64,000 nucleotides of DNA from Candidatus Moraniibacteriota bacterium (GTDB lineage: Bacteria > Patescibacteriota > Minisyncoccia > Moranbacterales > UBA1568): positions 20,201-84,200 of the forward strand of contig JAAXTX010000001.1 of the NCBI GenBank assembly GCA_013336285.1, written 5' to 3'. The position numbers and the translations under genes were made by a program. The notes under the pieces are model-generated. The model did no database searches. It saw only the letters and a list, made by a program, of their open reading frames with translations, and was not told the DNA's origin. How positions within the stretch are numbered: the stretch's first letter is position 1; each line of letters starts with the position of its first letter. Shown piece after piece: positions 28,174 through 37,640 of the stretch.

Positions 28174-29906
28174 AACAGGGACAGGATACGCTCACGGTAG
28201 TTCTTTCCGGTCGCGGAAAGACATCTCTTCCTCCGAGCAGCTATGTCGCCACCGGAGGAGAAGGCGCCATTTATAGGATCGGCGACACGATCGTAAAGAT
28301 ATATTCCGACCGGAAAAAAATGACGGGTGACCGCATGGAAGAAAAAATACGGCTTCTCTCGGGAATCAGACATCCGTACATAGTCGCGCCAAGAGGATTG
28401 GTAACGGATACGAAAGGCGCTCTCATCGGATACTACATGGATGCCATCGACGGAAACGGCTTCTCGGAAGTATGCGCGCCCGCATTCTGGCATCGCTCCG
28501 GATTCACGAGAGACGACGCGTGCACACTGACGGACAGGATGAGGGACGCTGTACGGGCGGCTCATGGATACCATGATGCCGTCATGGTCGATCCGAACGA
28601 GACCAATTGGATCGCGATACTCGGCGGTCAGAAAGGACCGGAGCCGAGAGTCATCGACGTGGACTCATGGGCGATCGGGAATTGGCCCGCGAAAGCCATC
28701 ATGCTGTCTATCAAGGATTGGCATAGCAGGGGGTTCGATCACCAGACCGATTGGTTTGCCTGGGGTGTCGTCAGTTTCCAGCTCTTCACCGGGACACATC
28801 CTTACAAGGGAACCCTTGATGGATTCAAAAAGGGCGACCTGGAAGGAAGAATGAAACAGAACGCTTCCGTATTCACCCCCGGAGTACGCTTGAATCAATC
28901 CGTCCGGGATTTCGGAACGATACCCGGAAGACTGCTCGACTGGTACGTCGAGACGTTTCAGCACGGCGAGCGGACCGTTCCGCCTTCCCCGTTCGACACC
29001 GGTGTGGCTACCGCGAAAAGGGCTCTGGTAAAAAGGATCCTCGCCGCAAAAAACGCGCAAGTCGTGTACGACAGGCTTTTCTCGGAGCCTGGAGAAACGG
29101 CGATCCGTATATTCCCTTGCGGGGTCATTCTGCTCCGATCGGGACGCCTCATCGATTTATCGACGAAAAAAACCGTCGATAGCGGGATTTCCGATGTAGC
29201 CGAAGTCATCGCGACAGCCGACGGTTGGCTCATCGGTAACCCGAAAGGAAACGGGACGGGATTCCGATTCATACACGGAAAAACGTCACTGAAGGAAGAC
29301 CTCGCGTCTCCGGTACCTGCGTCGGGACTGCTCAGATTCGAGAACAGGCTATTCCTGAAAACGGAACGCGGACTGACCGAGATTCGATTATTGCGTCTCG
29401 GCAAGACCCTGCTTACGGCCGGAAATACCTGGGGCACCATGCCATCCTCGACACGCTGGTTTGACGGTGTCGGTATCCAGGACGCGTTCGGGGCGACGTA
29501 TGCCATCGCGCCGTTCGGGGAATCGGGTTGCGCGCACGTCCGCATTCGGGAATTGGACGGTCAGAAAACACTTACGGCAAAAGCCGGCGAACGCTTCCTG
29601 GCGGTAGTCGTGCTGGATGCGGACGGCAAGTATCGGAAACACGAGTTCGCCTTCGATAAGACTTACGGGAATTATCGGGTATGGACCGGGGAAGTGGATA
29701 CTGCCGACCTCAATATCGCCATCCTGCCACGCGGCGTCTGCGCGACGATTGTCGAAGACGGCGAGCTGAACATACTCGTACCGGGAAGCGGCGACACTCG
29801 GAAAATCTCAGACCGGGATATCGGCACCGATATGTTTCTTGAACACTGGAACGAAAAGACGGTGTACATGCGAAACGGGGACGTCTGGCAGGTCAGACTG
29901 AAATGA
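28170..29906 (+). CDS. Ser/Thr protein kinase (TerY-P-type) with ~300-aa C-terminal extension
   Basis: Gly-loop GGEGAIYRIG, VKIY lysine, catalytic segment HDAVMVDPNETNWI, DVDSW in place of DFG. 578 aa. Confidence 0.7.
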   Translation: MKQGQDTLTVVLSGRGKTSLPPSSYVATGGEGAIYRIGDTIVKIYSDRKKMTGDRMEEKIRLLSGIRHPYIVAPRGLVTDTKGALIGYYMDAIDGNGFSEVCAPAFWHRSGFTRDDACTLTDRMRDAVRAAHGYHDAVMVDPNETNWIAILGGQKGPEPRVIDVDSWAIGNWPAKAIMLSIKDWHSRGFDHQTDWFAWGVVSFQLFTGTHPYKGTLDGFKKGDLEGRMKQNASVFTPGVRLNQSVRDFGTIPGRLLDWYVETFQHGERTVPPSPFDTGVATAKRALVKRILAAKNAQVVYDRLFSEPGETAIRIFPCGVILLRSGRLIDLSTKKTVDSGISDVAEVIATADGWLIGNPKGNGTGFRFIHGKTSLKEDLASPVPASGLLRFENRLFLKTERGLTEIRLLRLGKTLLTAGNTWGTMPSSTRWFDGVGIQDAFGATYAIAPFGESGCAHVRIRELDGQKTLTAKAGERFLAVVVLDADGKYRKHEFAFDKTYGNYRVWTGEVDTADLNIAILPRGVCATIVEDGELNILVPGSGDTRKISDRDIGTDMFLEHWNEKTVYMRNGDVWQVRLK

Positions 29907-29966
29907 TTCGTAAACGGAGCCTTGCATCGAATGATGTGGGGCTCTTATTATATCCGATGACGATTT

Positions 29967-32291
29967 CTATGCTTTTTTCAGGGGTGCCATACCGAGCATG
30001 AGCTTTTTCACGCCGACACGCTTGAACGCGATGGTCGCGATCGTTCCCGAGATCGAGATGACGATGCCGCCGCCGAATTCCGGGTGTTCCACATTGTCTC
30101 CGGGACGGAAATTCTTCTCCTTCGGAACGTTCTCGTTGACGGTTTCACCGGTTGATTCCTTCCGGCGGGAGGCGGAAGACTGAAACCCCGAAGGTTTCCT
30201 TCCACCGAAAGTGACGTCGCGTTTCCCGATCCGTTTCCTGCCATACCCGGCAAGCATCGACGGCCGTTCCTCCTCGACGACTTCCTCGAGCAGGTGAGAC
30301 GGGATCTCGCCTATGAAGCGTGAGGTCGGATTCACGTTCGTCGAACCGAAGAGCATGCGTGCCTCTGCGGACAGGAGATACAGCCGTTTCTTCGCGCGCG
30401 TGATCCCGACATACATGAGTCGCCGTTCCTCTTCGAGATCCTCCTCGGAAAAGGCGCTGCGAGAATGAGGGAATACGCCTTCTTCCAGGCCGACGATGAA
30501 GACCGTCGGGAACTCGAGCCCCTTCGCGCTGTGAAGCGTCATAAGATGAACCGCCTCCGCCTTATTGTCGATTGAATCCGTATCCGACGAGAGCGCTACT
30601 TCCTCAAGGAACGCCTGTAACGCCTCTTCAAGCGATCGATCCTCATATTTTTTCGCGACACTGAAAAGTTCACGCACGTTCAATTCACGCTCCTCGCCCT
30701 CGCCCGTACCGTCGCGAAGGGAAAGGAGGTATCCCGATTCCGTCGCGAGTTCCTTCAAGATTTCCGAGAAGGTGAGCGTCGGGGTCGCGGAAACAACTTC
30801 CGCCCGAAGCCGTGAGAAGAGTGATGCGAACGTCTTCATGATAAGGATCTTTTTCTCCGGAATGCCATACTCGGGGGAGATGACCGAAACCGCAGACAAA
30901 GGATCCGTCCCCGCCCGTTCGGCCGCATCCGCCCATTTCACCAAGGTCGCCTTACCGATACCGCGCTTCGGTTCATTGATGATCCTCGAGAGCGCGATCA
31001 TGTCCCGCGGATTCATAAGGAGCCGTGCGTACGATATGACGTCTTTCACTTCCTTTCGTTGGTAGAACTTGAGTCCGCCGACGATACGATACGGGATAGA
31101 ATACCGGAGAAAGGCCTCCTCAAGCGCCCTGGATTGGGCATTCGTGCGATACAGGGCGGCAAAATCGCCGAATCGGATCGATTCCTCGTCGTCCCCCGAA
31201 TGTTTTATCGTCCGTGCGACGAACTCGGCCTCTTCCGCCTCATCGGAAAGTGTCCGTGCGACGATAAGGTCGCCTTCTTTTTCCTCGGTCCACAATTTCT
31301 TCTCGCGCTGGTTTCGGTTTTTCGCGATGACGCTTCCGGCCGCATCGAGGATTATCTGCGTCGAACGATAGTTGCGCTCGAGCGTTATGACCTGCGCGTC
31401 CGGATAGTCCTTTTCGAACTCAAGGATATTGCGGATGTCGGCCTGTCGCCAGCGATAGATGGACTGATAGTCGTCGCCGATGACGAAGACGTTGTGATGT
31501 TTCAACGCGAGAAGACGTATCAGCCGGTACTGAAGAGGATTGGTGTCCTGATACTCGTCAACGAGTACGTACCGGAACTGATCCTGATATCGAACAAGCG
31601 TCTCCGGGGATTCCTCGAAAAGCCGGACCGTAAGACGCAGGAGATCGTCGAAATCAAGGCTCTCCGTCTTCAAGAGCTCCGACTCGTAATACTTATAGAC
31701 CTTGGCGACAAGTTCCTCGTAGTAACTGCCCGTGCGGAGAGCGTACGTATCCGCGTCGAGCGACTCCCCTTTGGCGCGCGAGATCGCTTCGAGTACGGAT
31801 CGCGGTTTGATTTGCTCTTCGCTCATGTCCAGTCCCTTCATCGCCGCCTTGACGATGCTTATCTGGTCATCCGCGTCGAGGATGTTGAAACGCGGATCAC
31901 GACCGAGCTTCGCGATATCGTTTCGGAGAATCTTAGCGGAAATCGCATGAAAAGTACCGATGTGTGGCATGCCGTGAAATGAAAGCGGTGATTCGCTCTC
32001 TTCGGCCGCCAATGCCAATAGCGCCTCGACGCGGTCGCGCATCTCTCCCGCCGCCTTGTTCGTGAAAGTCACCGCGAGGATATTATTCGGCGAAACGGCC
32101 CGTTCAGCGATAAGATAGGCGATACGGTGCGTGAGCGTCTTCGTCTTGCCCGATCCCGCCCCGGCAAGGATAAGCGAGGGTCCTTCGGTTCGCAAAACGG
32201 CTTTTTTCTGCTCCGGATTGAGTCCGGCTTCCCAGAATTTCATAGGATATGACGTTTGAAAACGGCCGATATGATCCCTCCAGTGTATCAT
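29967..32291 (-). CDS. pcrA: ATP-dependent DNA helicase PcrA/UvrD (SF1)
   Basis: Walker A AGAGSGKTKTLTHRIAYL, DEYQDTN (motif II), QNYRS, and C-terminal VTLMTLHSAKGLEF...VGITRAK motifs. Confidence 0.85.
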   Translation of the reverse strand: MIHWRDHIGRFQTSYPMKFWEAGLNPEQKKAVLRTEGPSLILAGAGSGKTKTLTHRIAYLIAERAVSPNNILAVTFTNKAAGEMRDRVEALLALAAEESESPLSFHGMPHIGTFHAISAKILRNDIAKLGRDPRFNILDADDQISIVKAAMKGLDMSEEQIKPRSVLEAISRAKGESLDADTYALRTGSYYEELVAKVYKYYESELLKTESLDFDDLLRLTVRLFEESPETLVRYQDQFRYVLVDEYQDTNPLQYRLIRLLALKHHNVFVIGDDYQSIYRWRQADIRNILEFEKDYPDAQVITLERNYRSTQIILDAAGSVIAKNRNQREKKLWTEEKEGDLIVARTLSDEAEEAEFVARTIKHSGDDEESIRFGDFAALYRTNAQSRALEEAFLRYSIPYRIVGGLKFYQRKEVKDVISYARLLMNPRDMIALSRIINEPKRGIGKATLVKWADAAERAGTDPLSAVSVISPEYGIPEKKILIMKTFASLFSRLRAEVVSATPTLTFSEILKELATESGYLLSLRDGTGEGEERELNVRELFSVAKKYEDRSLEEALQAFLEEVALSSDTDSIDNKAEAVHLMTLHSAKGLEFPTVFIVGLEEGVFPHSRSAFSEEDLEEERRLMYVGITRAKKRLYLLSAEARMLFGSTNVNPTSRFIGEIPSHLLEEVVEEERPSMLAGYGRKRIGKRDVTFGGRKPSGFQSSASRRKESTGETVNENVPKEKNFRPGDNVEHPEFGGGIVISISGTIATIAFKRVGVKKLMLGMAPLKKA

Positions 32292-32337
32292 GCAAGGGTC
32301 GGCCGGAGAAACATCGGAACGAATAAGGGAGATTCCG

Positions 32338-33627
32338 TTAGGAATCTCCCTTTGTTTTTAGGTTTCTCAGTATGAACAACGATTCCCGCATCTCTTCCGT
32401 AAGCGTTTCCGCCTTGATCCGCTCCGTTCGAATATAGGCCCCTCCGGTATCCGTCTTCTCCAGGTGTTTCCATAAGACGGCGGTCGCGGTTTTCAGGGAA
32501 GCTCCGTATCGCCCGCGATTCAATTCGAATCTGGCCCGAACCAGTTTTCCGGATAGCGAATCCATCATGAGTCCCGGATTCGTCCGTCTGAACACCCCCT
32601 TCAATTCCTCGAGCAGAAAATCCGACGTACCGTCTTTCTCCGGCCAGTCGTCATGGACCTCCTTCTCATATTCCTCCGGAACAAAAACTATCATGGACAG
32701 TTCCCTGCTGAGAATCAACTCCTTGTTCCGGACGACACTCTCCCAAATGGGGCCGATATGGCGATTGATCAGTCTGGTGACGAATCTCCTTCGAAAACCG
32801 CGGATATGCCGATCGAAATACGATGCCATCTCGCCGATATCACGGATTCCGCTCATCGGATTCACCATTCGGAACTCATCGATGATACGATCCGGCGTGA
32901 TATGCTCATCCAGGAGCACCAAAAGGTAATGCCAGTGATATCCTTCCATGTCCTCATGTGTGGACAGACGCGATCCGAGATGCCTTCTCTTGGACGGATT
33001 CCGACGATTTCCGGATTTACGTGATACGCCGACGACCGGAAGTCCGATATCCTTTCCGAGGACAGTTCGCAGGACTTCCGCAAGAACCGAGGCCTTTTCC
33101 CATTCGACGGAACTCTCCAGCCGTTTTATATGTCCGTGATTCGCCAGCTCGGGTCCGCGCACCTCGAAAAGCACGTTCGTCGCCCCCGTGATCGCGTCGA
33201 TATATTCACCTCGCGCGAGCGAGAACATCGCCGAAACCGCGAACAGACCCCGGAGTTTCACTGCGGCATGCGGAAAAGCCTCACGAAGATGACGAAACAA
33301 CCGGTCCCACGCATCCTCCGGATTCGAATCAGAAATCGAATCGCCAGCCGCACCGTCCGACAGCATGATTGCCGCAAGAACCTCATCCGTCAGGGGAACC
33401 CACGATTCCGCGAACGGCTTCACGAATTCGACAAGCTGACGGGCGAAACGTTCTTTCACACCGAGCTCCGGCTTCCGTCGATCCAAGAACACGACAAGCC
33501 TATCGACCGCACCCTTGCTCTTCGGATATCCGGTCAGTGACAGGATGTATCCGGTCGTAAGCTCCGATGCCGACATATCAAAGACAGCTTCCCAGGCCGG
33601 GAAGACACTCTTCTTATGACTGGCCAT
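32338..33627 (-). CDS. hypothetical protein (429 aa); contains an HUH-like segment GYHWHYLLVLL
   Basis: No P-loop or other recognisable catalytic motif except an H-hydrophobic-H-hydrophobic3 pattern. Start set at MASHKK, which has an AAGAAGGGGG SD. Confidence 0.4.
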   Translation of the reverse strand: MASHKKSVFPAWEAVFDMSASELTTGYILSLTGYPKSKGAVDRLVVFLDRRKPELGVKERFARQLVEFVKPFAESWVPLTDEVLAAIMLSDGAAGDSISDSNPEDAWDRLFRHLREAFPHAAVKLRGLFAVSAMFSLARGEYIDAITGATNVLFEVRGPELANHGHIKRLESSVEWEKASVLAEVLRTVLGKDIGLPVVGVSRKSGNRRNPSKRRHLGSRLSTHEDMEGYHWHYLLVLLDEHITPDRIIDEFRMVNPMSGIRDIGEMASYFDRHIRGFRRRFVTRLINRHIGPIWESVVRNKELILSRELSMIVFVPEEYEKEVHDDWPEKDGTSDFLLEELKGVFRRTNPGLMMDSLSGKLVRARFELNRGRYGASLKTATAVLWKHLEKTDTGGAYIRTERIKAETLTEEMRESLFILRNLKTKGDS

Positions 33628-33759
33628 ATATACCCCCTTCTTTTTCGTTGTTCGAATGATAAGGAACCTTCGATAATTCTTCACATAAAAGTGCCGTTTT
33701 TGCAAGCGTCGGGACAAAGAATGCTATACTGTGAATGACTCATCACGATACATCAATCT

Positions 33760-34197
33760 ATGGACGCTCTCCACCCCTACCTCGTCTTCCTGATTCCGCT
33801 TTCGGTAGGCATCGGGACCCAGGCGATCAAGTTCGTCGTATTTACGGTGAAGCATGGCTGGAAGCCGGAATACATGTTCACGCACGGACATATGCCGTCG
33901 GCACATACCGCGTTCGCCGTCTCCCTTGCCACGAGCGTCGGCTATTATGAGGGCATCGGCTCCGGTTCCTTTGCCGTCGCGGCCGCACTCGCCTTCATTC
34001 TTGTCGATGATGCCGCCCGCATCCGGATGTATCTCGGCGACCAGGGCCGATATCTCAACATGCTCGTCGAGCAGCTCGACGTGGACGGGACCAAGTTCCC
34101 CCGCCTCAAGGAACGTGTCGGGCACCGCGTAAGCGAAGTCATCGTCGGCGGCCTGATCGGTTTCGTCGCGACCCTCCTCCTCGCCGGCATTCTCTAG
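33760..34197 (+). CDS. small polytopic membrane protein (divergent PAP2/acid-phosphatase-like, DUF212-type)
   Basis: 145 aa with 3-4 TM segments. HGHMPSAHTA and S..H-like motifs reminiscent of the PAP2 superfamily. Confidence 0.4.
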   Translation: MDALHPYLVFLIPLSVGIGTQAIKFVVFTVKHGWKPEYMFTHGHMPSAHTAFAVSLATSVGYYEGIGSGSFAVAAALAFILVDDAARIRMYLGDQGRYLNMLVEQLDVDGTKFPRLKERVGHRVSEVIVGGLIGFVATLLLAGIL

Positions 34198-34286
34198 CGC
34201 CGTATTTCGAACGGAAAAGCCGTCTTCGATCGGAGACGGCTTTTCCGTTTCATTCACGTCATGAAACGGATAGATCGAACGGTTTT

Positions 34287-34372
34287 CCGTCTTTAGGGAT
34301 ACGTCGACGACATGTCGCTGAAGATGGGGCCGATAGGAAATCATCCTATCGGCGGTTCATGAACGTTTTTTC
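34287..34372. repeat. copy 1 of a conserved double-hairpin element (hairpin CCGTCTTTAG..CTGAAGATGG with conserved ACGTC..GACAT loop, then GCCGATAGG..CCTATCGGC hairpin + T-tract)
   Basis: Same architecture and near-identical CGCTGAAGATGGGGCCGA core as the elements at 41320-41386 and 42592-42670. The first stem is maintained by G-U wobble changes. Confidence 0.5.
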
Positions 34373-34398
34373 GAGACGCCCGAGACTCGTCGGGGATC

Positions 34399-34875
34399 CT
34401 ATGCGCGATACGTGTCGAACACATAGGAACCGGGAAGAATATCTTTGCCCGCCTGGATCACCACGGCATTCGCGACTTCCTGAGGCGAGATGAACCGTGA
34501 AACCTTGGACCGGAATTCCTCTTTCTCCGTCGGATGCCCGTTCCAGATCCGCGTCTCCACTGGCCCGAGCAGAAAATCACATACGAAAAGTCTTCCCTCG
34601 CGTCCCTCCTTGGAATTGATGCTCTTCCCGAGATTATGCAGGAACGCGAACGCCCCGGCATTGAACGCACAGCCCGGGAACCCACGCTCGACGCTTTGTC
34701 CGAGCATATTGATGATTCTCCCTCCGTAAGCCATCATCGTCTTTGCGGAGCAAATCACGTACACGTGCGCGTCCAGAAAAGGCCGGACGGCGAGATATCC
34801 CTCGAAATCGAGATTGTCGACCTGGATGAATAGCATAATCGAGAGGTGAACGGACGAAAATCGCTTATGATTCAA
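34399..34875 (-). pseudogene. truncated paralog (C-terminal ~55%) of the SDR-like gene at 10514-11182
   Basis: Translation aligns with the C-terminal half of the SDR-like protein, for example YLAVRPFLDAHVYVICSAK...RIINMLGQ...VCDFLLGPVETR. The N-terminal Rossmann part is absent. The 5' end overlaps the TrmB-like gene on the other strand. Confidence 0.4.
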
Positions 34876-35625
34876 GATAGACTCAGACAGATCGGTCTTT
34901 CCGATAACGAGATATCGGTATATCTTTCGATATTGGAAAATGCCGAAATATCCCCTTCAATGGTCGCAAAAATGACCAACCTCAGTCGTCCGTCGGTCTA
35001 CGCTATCGGAAAGAAGCTCGCAAGAAAAGATTTGATATCGGAGGAAGACCGTTGCTCGGGTCTGCGTTTTCTGGCCTCTCCCCCGGATGCAGTAGTCCGT
35101 GAAGTCGAATCCGAAAAGCGCGAAGTCGAATCAAGACTCGAGTTGGCAAAAGCGCTGGTTCCCGAACTCAACCTCATCCCGAAATCACAGAATTACTCCG
35201 TACCGAAAGTCAGATTCATCGAGGAATCCCTGCTGAAGGAGTACCTGTATCAGAAAGCGTCCGACTGGGACAGAAGCGGTCTCGACCGCGACGCGACCTG
35301 GTGGGGCGTGCAGGACAGTTCTCTTATCAAACACTATGGCGAATGGCTCTCCTGGTACTGGAAACGTGCCGATACCAAGCTCCAGTCAAAGATGGTCACG
35401 AACGAAAAGGAGGAGGGCCATTCGTTCGAGGGACAGACATCGTTCAGGCGCTCGATGCGATTCTGGAACAAAGGGGGGAACATCGGGGTGACCCAGGCCA
35501 TTTTCGGCGACTACGTCCTTATCGTGAACACGCGTACGAAACCACATTCCCTCTTCGAAATCCATGACGCCGTCACCGCCGAGGGTCTCCGTCAGGTTTT
35601 CCGTGGTATCTGGGAAACGTTGTGA
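34846..35625 (+). CDS. TrmB-family HTH transcriptional regulator
   Basis: N-terminal wHTH (LSDNEISVYLSILENAEISPSMVAKMTNLSRPSVYAIGKKLARKDLI) plus ~170-aa C-terminal domain. One of four paralogs in the window. Confidence 0.6.
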   Translation: MNGRKSLMIQDRLRQIGLSDNEISVYLSILENAEISPSMVAKMTNLSRPSVYAIGKKLARKDLISEEDRCSGLRFLASPPDAVVREVESEKREVESRLELAKALVPELNLIPKSQNYSVPKVRFIEESLLKEYLYQKASDWDRSGLDRDATWWGVQDSSLIKHYGEWLSWYWKRADTKLQSKMVTNEKEEGHSFEGQTSFRRSMRFWNKGGNIGVTQAIFGDYVLIVNTRTKPHSLFEIHDAVTAEGLRQVFRGIWETL

Positions 35626-35720
35626 CGACAATGATCCGGTTCACCGTAGCTCAAATCGTATAAAAAATAGGACGGAAAGCATTCGCTCTCCGTCCCGTTT
35701 TCATATCACCATGGTTCCCG

Positions 35721-36316
35721 TCAGGATTTCCTGTCCGAAATTATCCTGTTCACTTCCCATCCGATCTGCCTCCAGTTCCCGCTGAAGGTTCCGTTGGGAT
35801 GTTCCTTATCGAGAATAGCCAATTCGCCTTCGAAATATTTCACGGATAACGTCTCTCCCGCACCGGAATCCGGATAGGGAAATTCGATCATGAACGCACC
35901 CGGGGAATCGGTCTCGACCAACGTCGCGTCGGGAACATTTCGCAGATAGTAATCCTTCCACTCTGCCAGGGAGTGCGTGCCGACAAGAAGTTTCGCAAGC
36001 GGATCAGGAGCCGCCGTTACGTCGATGATAAGCACATCGATGATCGGAAACACGGAATTCGTCATGTTACGGACAATACCCTTATATCGGCGTCTGTCCC
36101 CGGATGAGACATCGAAATACGTCGTTTCCCCTTCCTCGTATCCGGCAGAAAGTTCGAATTCGGTTCCCTTGAAAAGTTGGCGTAATTCACGCGTTATCGT
36201 CGCCGAACCTATCGGTAAATCATCCTTTGGGGACAGCTGGAAGCTTATGATCTCACGATACGGCGACATGAGTCCGATCGTCGAACCCAATCGCTTCCCG
36301 ATATCATGTATATTCA
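35721..36316 (-). CDS. hypothetical protein (198 aa)
   Basis: Start at MNIHDIGK with a GGAGAA SD. No recognisable motifs. Confidence 0.4.
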
Positions 36317-36459
36317 TTATTCGGTTCTCCTTTCGGTTTGATTGGTAAGATACGTATCTGGTTTCAACCGATTCATACCATTCCGGAACTTCCGGTGTCA
36401 AACCGCGGACACCGCTCGACAATACAGAACCGATAAAAATTCATATATGATTCTGATCG

Positions 36460-36503
36460 AAAAAAACAGAAAACGGGTCCCCCGACGGGGCCCGTTTTAA
36501 GAA
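36460..36503. terminator. bidirectional terminator-like hairpin
   Basis: AAAACGGGTCCCC-cgac-GGGGCCCGTTTT flanked by an A-run and TTTAAG. Confidence 0.4.
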
Positions 36504-36944
36504 AGTTCGGGAGAATCAGGATTCCGTATCGAACGGATTCTCCGGCATCTCGCCGTCTCTATCGCGATCAGTTGTCACGGCATAAGCGTCTACCGCGGCG
36601 TCCATCGCGATCTCGACGGTCTAAGCACCGACTCCCAATTCTCCAGATCCGACCTCATTGACACTTTACGCAAGGCCGGAATGGCCAACGCATATATCGG
36701 GAACCTCGATACTCATGGGAGTATGATTACCGATTACGGATGGACGGGACTACAACAGTCCCATATTCCCGAAAAGGGTCAGAGTGATCACCGGAACGAG
36801 CGCGAGAAGAAACGCGAAAGCGATTTCCTCGTCAGCCACCCTCCTGGAGCACTCCGTACACCCCACGCCGTCTGCGTGCTTGTGCACTTCGTCCGACCCG
36901 ACCATGGATTTCGCCTCCATAGTTTTGTCTTACTTGTTAACATG

Positions 36945-36985
36945 TAAAAAGAAAAACGGGGTCCCCATCTGGGATCACCCGTTTC
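36945..36985 (-). terminator. rho-independent terminator downstream of the rSAM/small-protein operon
   Basis: Minus-strand AAACGGG-tgatcccagatgggga-CCCCGTTT followed by TTCTTTTT. Confidence 0.45.
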
Positions 36986-37135
36986 GCTATTACCTTGACA
37001 GTATACGCCATTTCCATGTGAAAGTCAAACATGGATTCATCATACCTTTTCCGTATACGTCAGGCTCCGACGACCGTCCCACGGAAAATAAAGACTGCCC
37101 CCGGCTTGCGAGAGCAGTACATATTCCTTTGTCGC

Positions 37136-37411
37136 TCAGAGCGACGCCATTCTCACTTTCGCAAGTGCCTTGAATCCGTTCAGTGACCGGATGCTCCTGG
37201 GCGCGTTCGCGAACAACTGCGTTTCACGGACCCATTTCGGGAACGTGGAGAAACGAAGTTTGTTCACGAGTCGTTCCGCTGTAAACAATGCCTCCGGTAC
37301 TTTTTCTGTCGCAACCTTCAAAACTACCTGTTTTGCTGTCTCGACGGCGACGAGCTGGATCGGAGCGGTCTGTTGTGCACTTGCCCCGACTACTGCTGAC
37401 TGTAACATCAT
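37136..37411 (-). CDS. small protein (91 aa), predicted helical, co-transcribed downstream of the radical-SAM/SPASM gene
   Basis: Start MMLQSAVVG with an AAGAGGA SD. Gln/Ala/Val-rich N-terminus. No Cys. Confidence 0.4.
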   Translation of the reverse strand: MMLQSAVVGASAQQTAPIQLVAVETAKQVVLKVATEKVPEALFTAERLVNKLRFSTFPKWVRETQLFANAPRSIRSLNGFKALAKVRMASL

Positions 37412-37640
37412 TCCTCTTTTTTTTATTTGGCTAATATATCGGGAAGCCGAGCCGCTCCCCGTGTGTTTGTTAATTGAAGAGTAAAGCACTGACTTGTATT
37501 TCTGTCAAGCACCGTATGGATCATCTCCGTTCACTGAGACCCCGTATCTTGCCGTATGAAAAGAATGGCGTTCATGATATCGCATTTCATCATTAAAAAA
37601 GACTCTCCGGGTTCGGGAGAGTCTTCGTTTGTTCGTTCAT

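Noticed and set aside
29967-33627. Gabija-like defence pair (UvrD-like helicase + partner)
   Set aside because: The partner protein has no P-loop ATPase or Toprim nuclease motifs. The helicase carries all canonical PcrA/UvrD motifs and is most simply the housekeeping PcrA.
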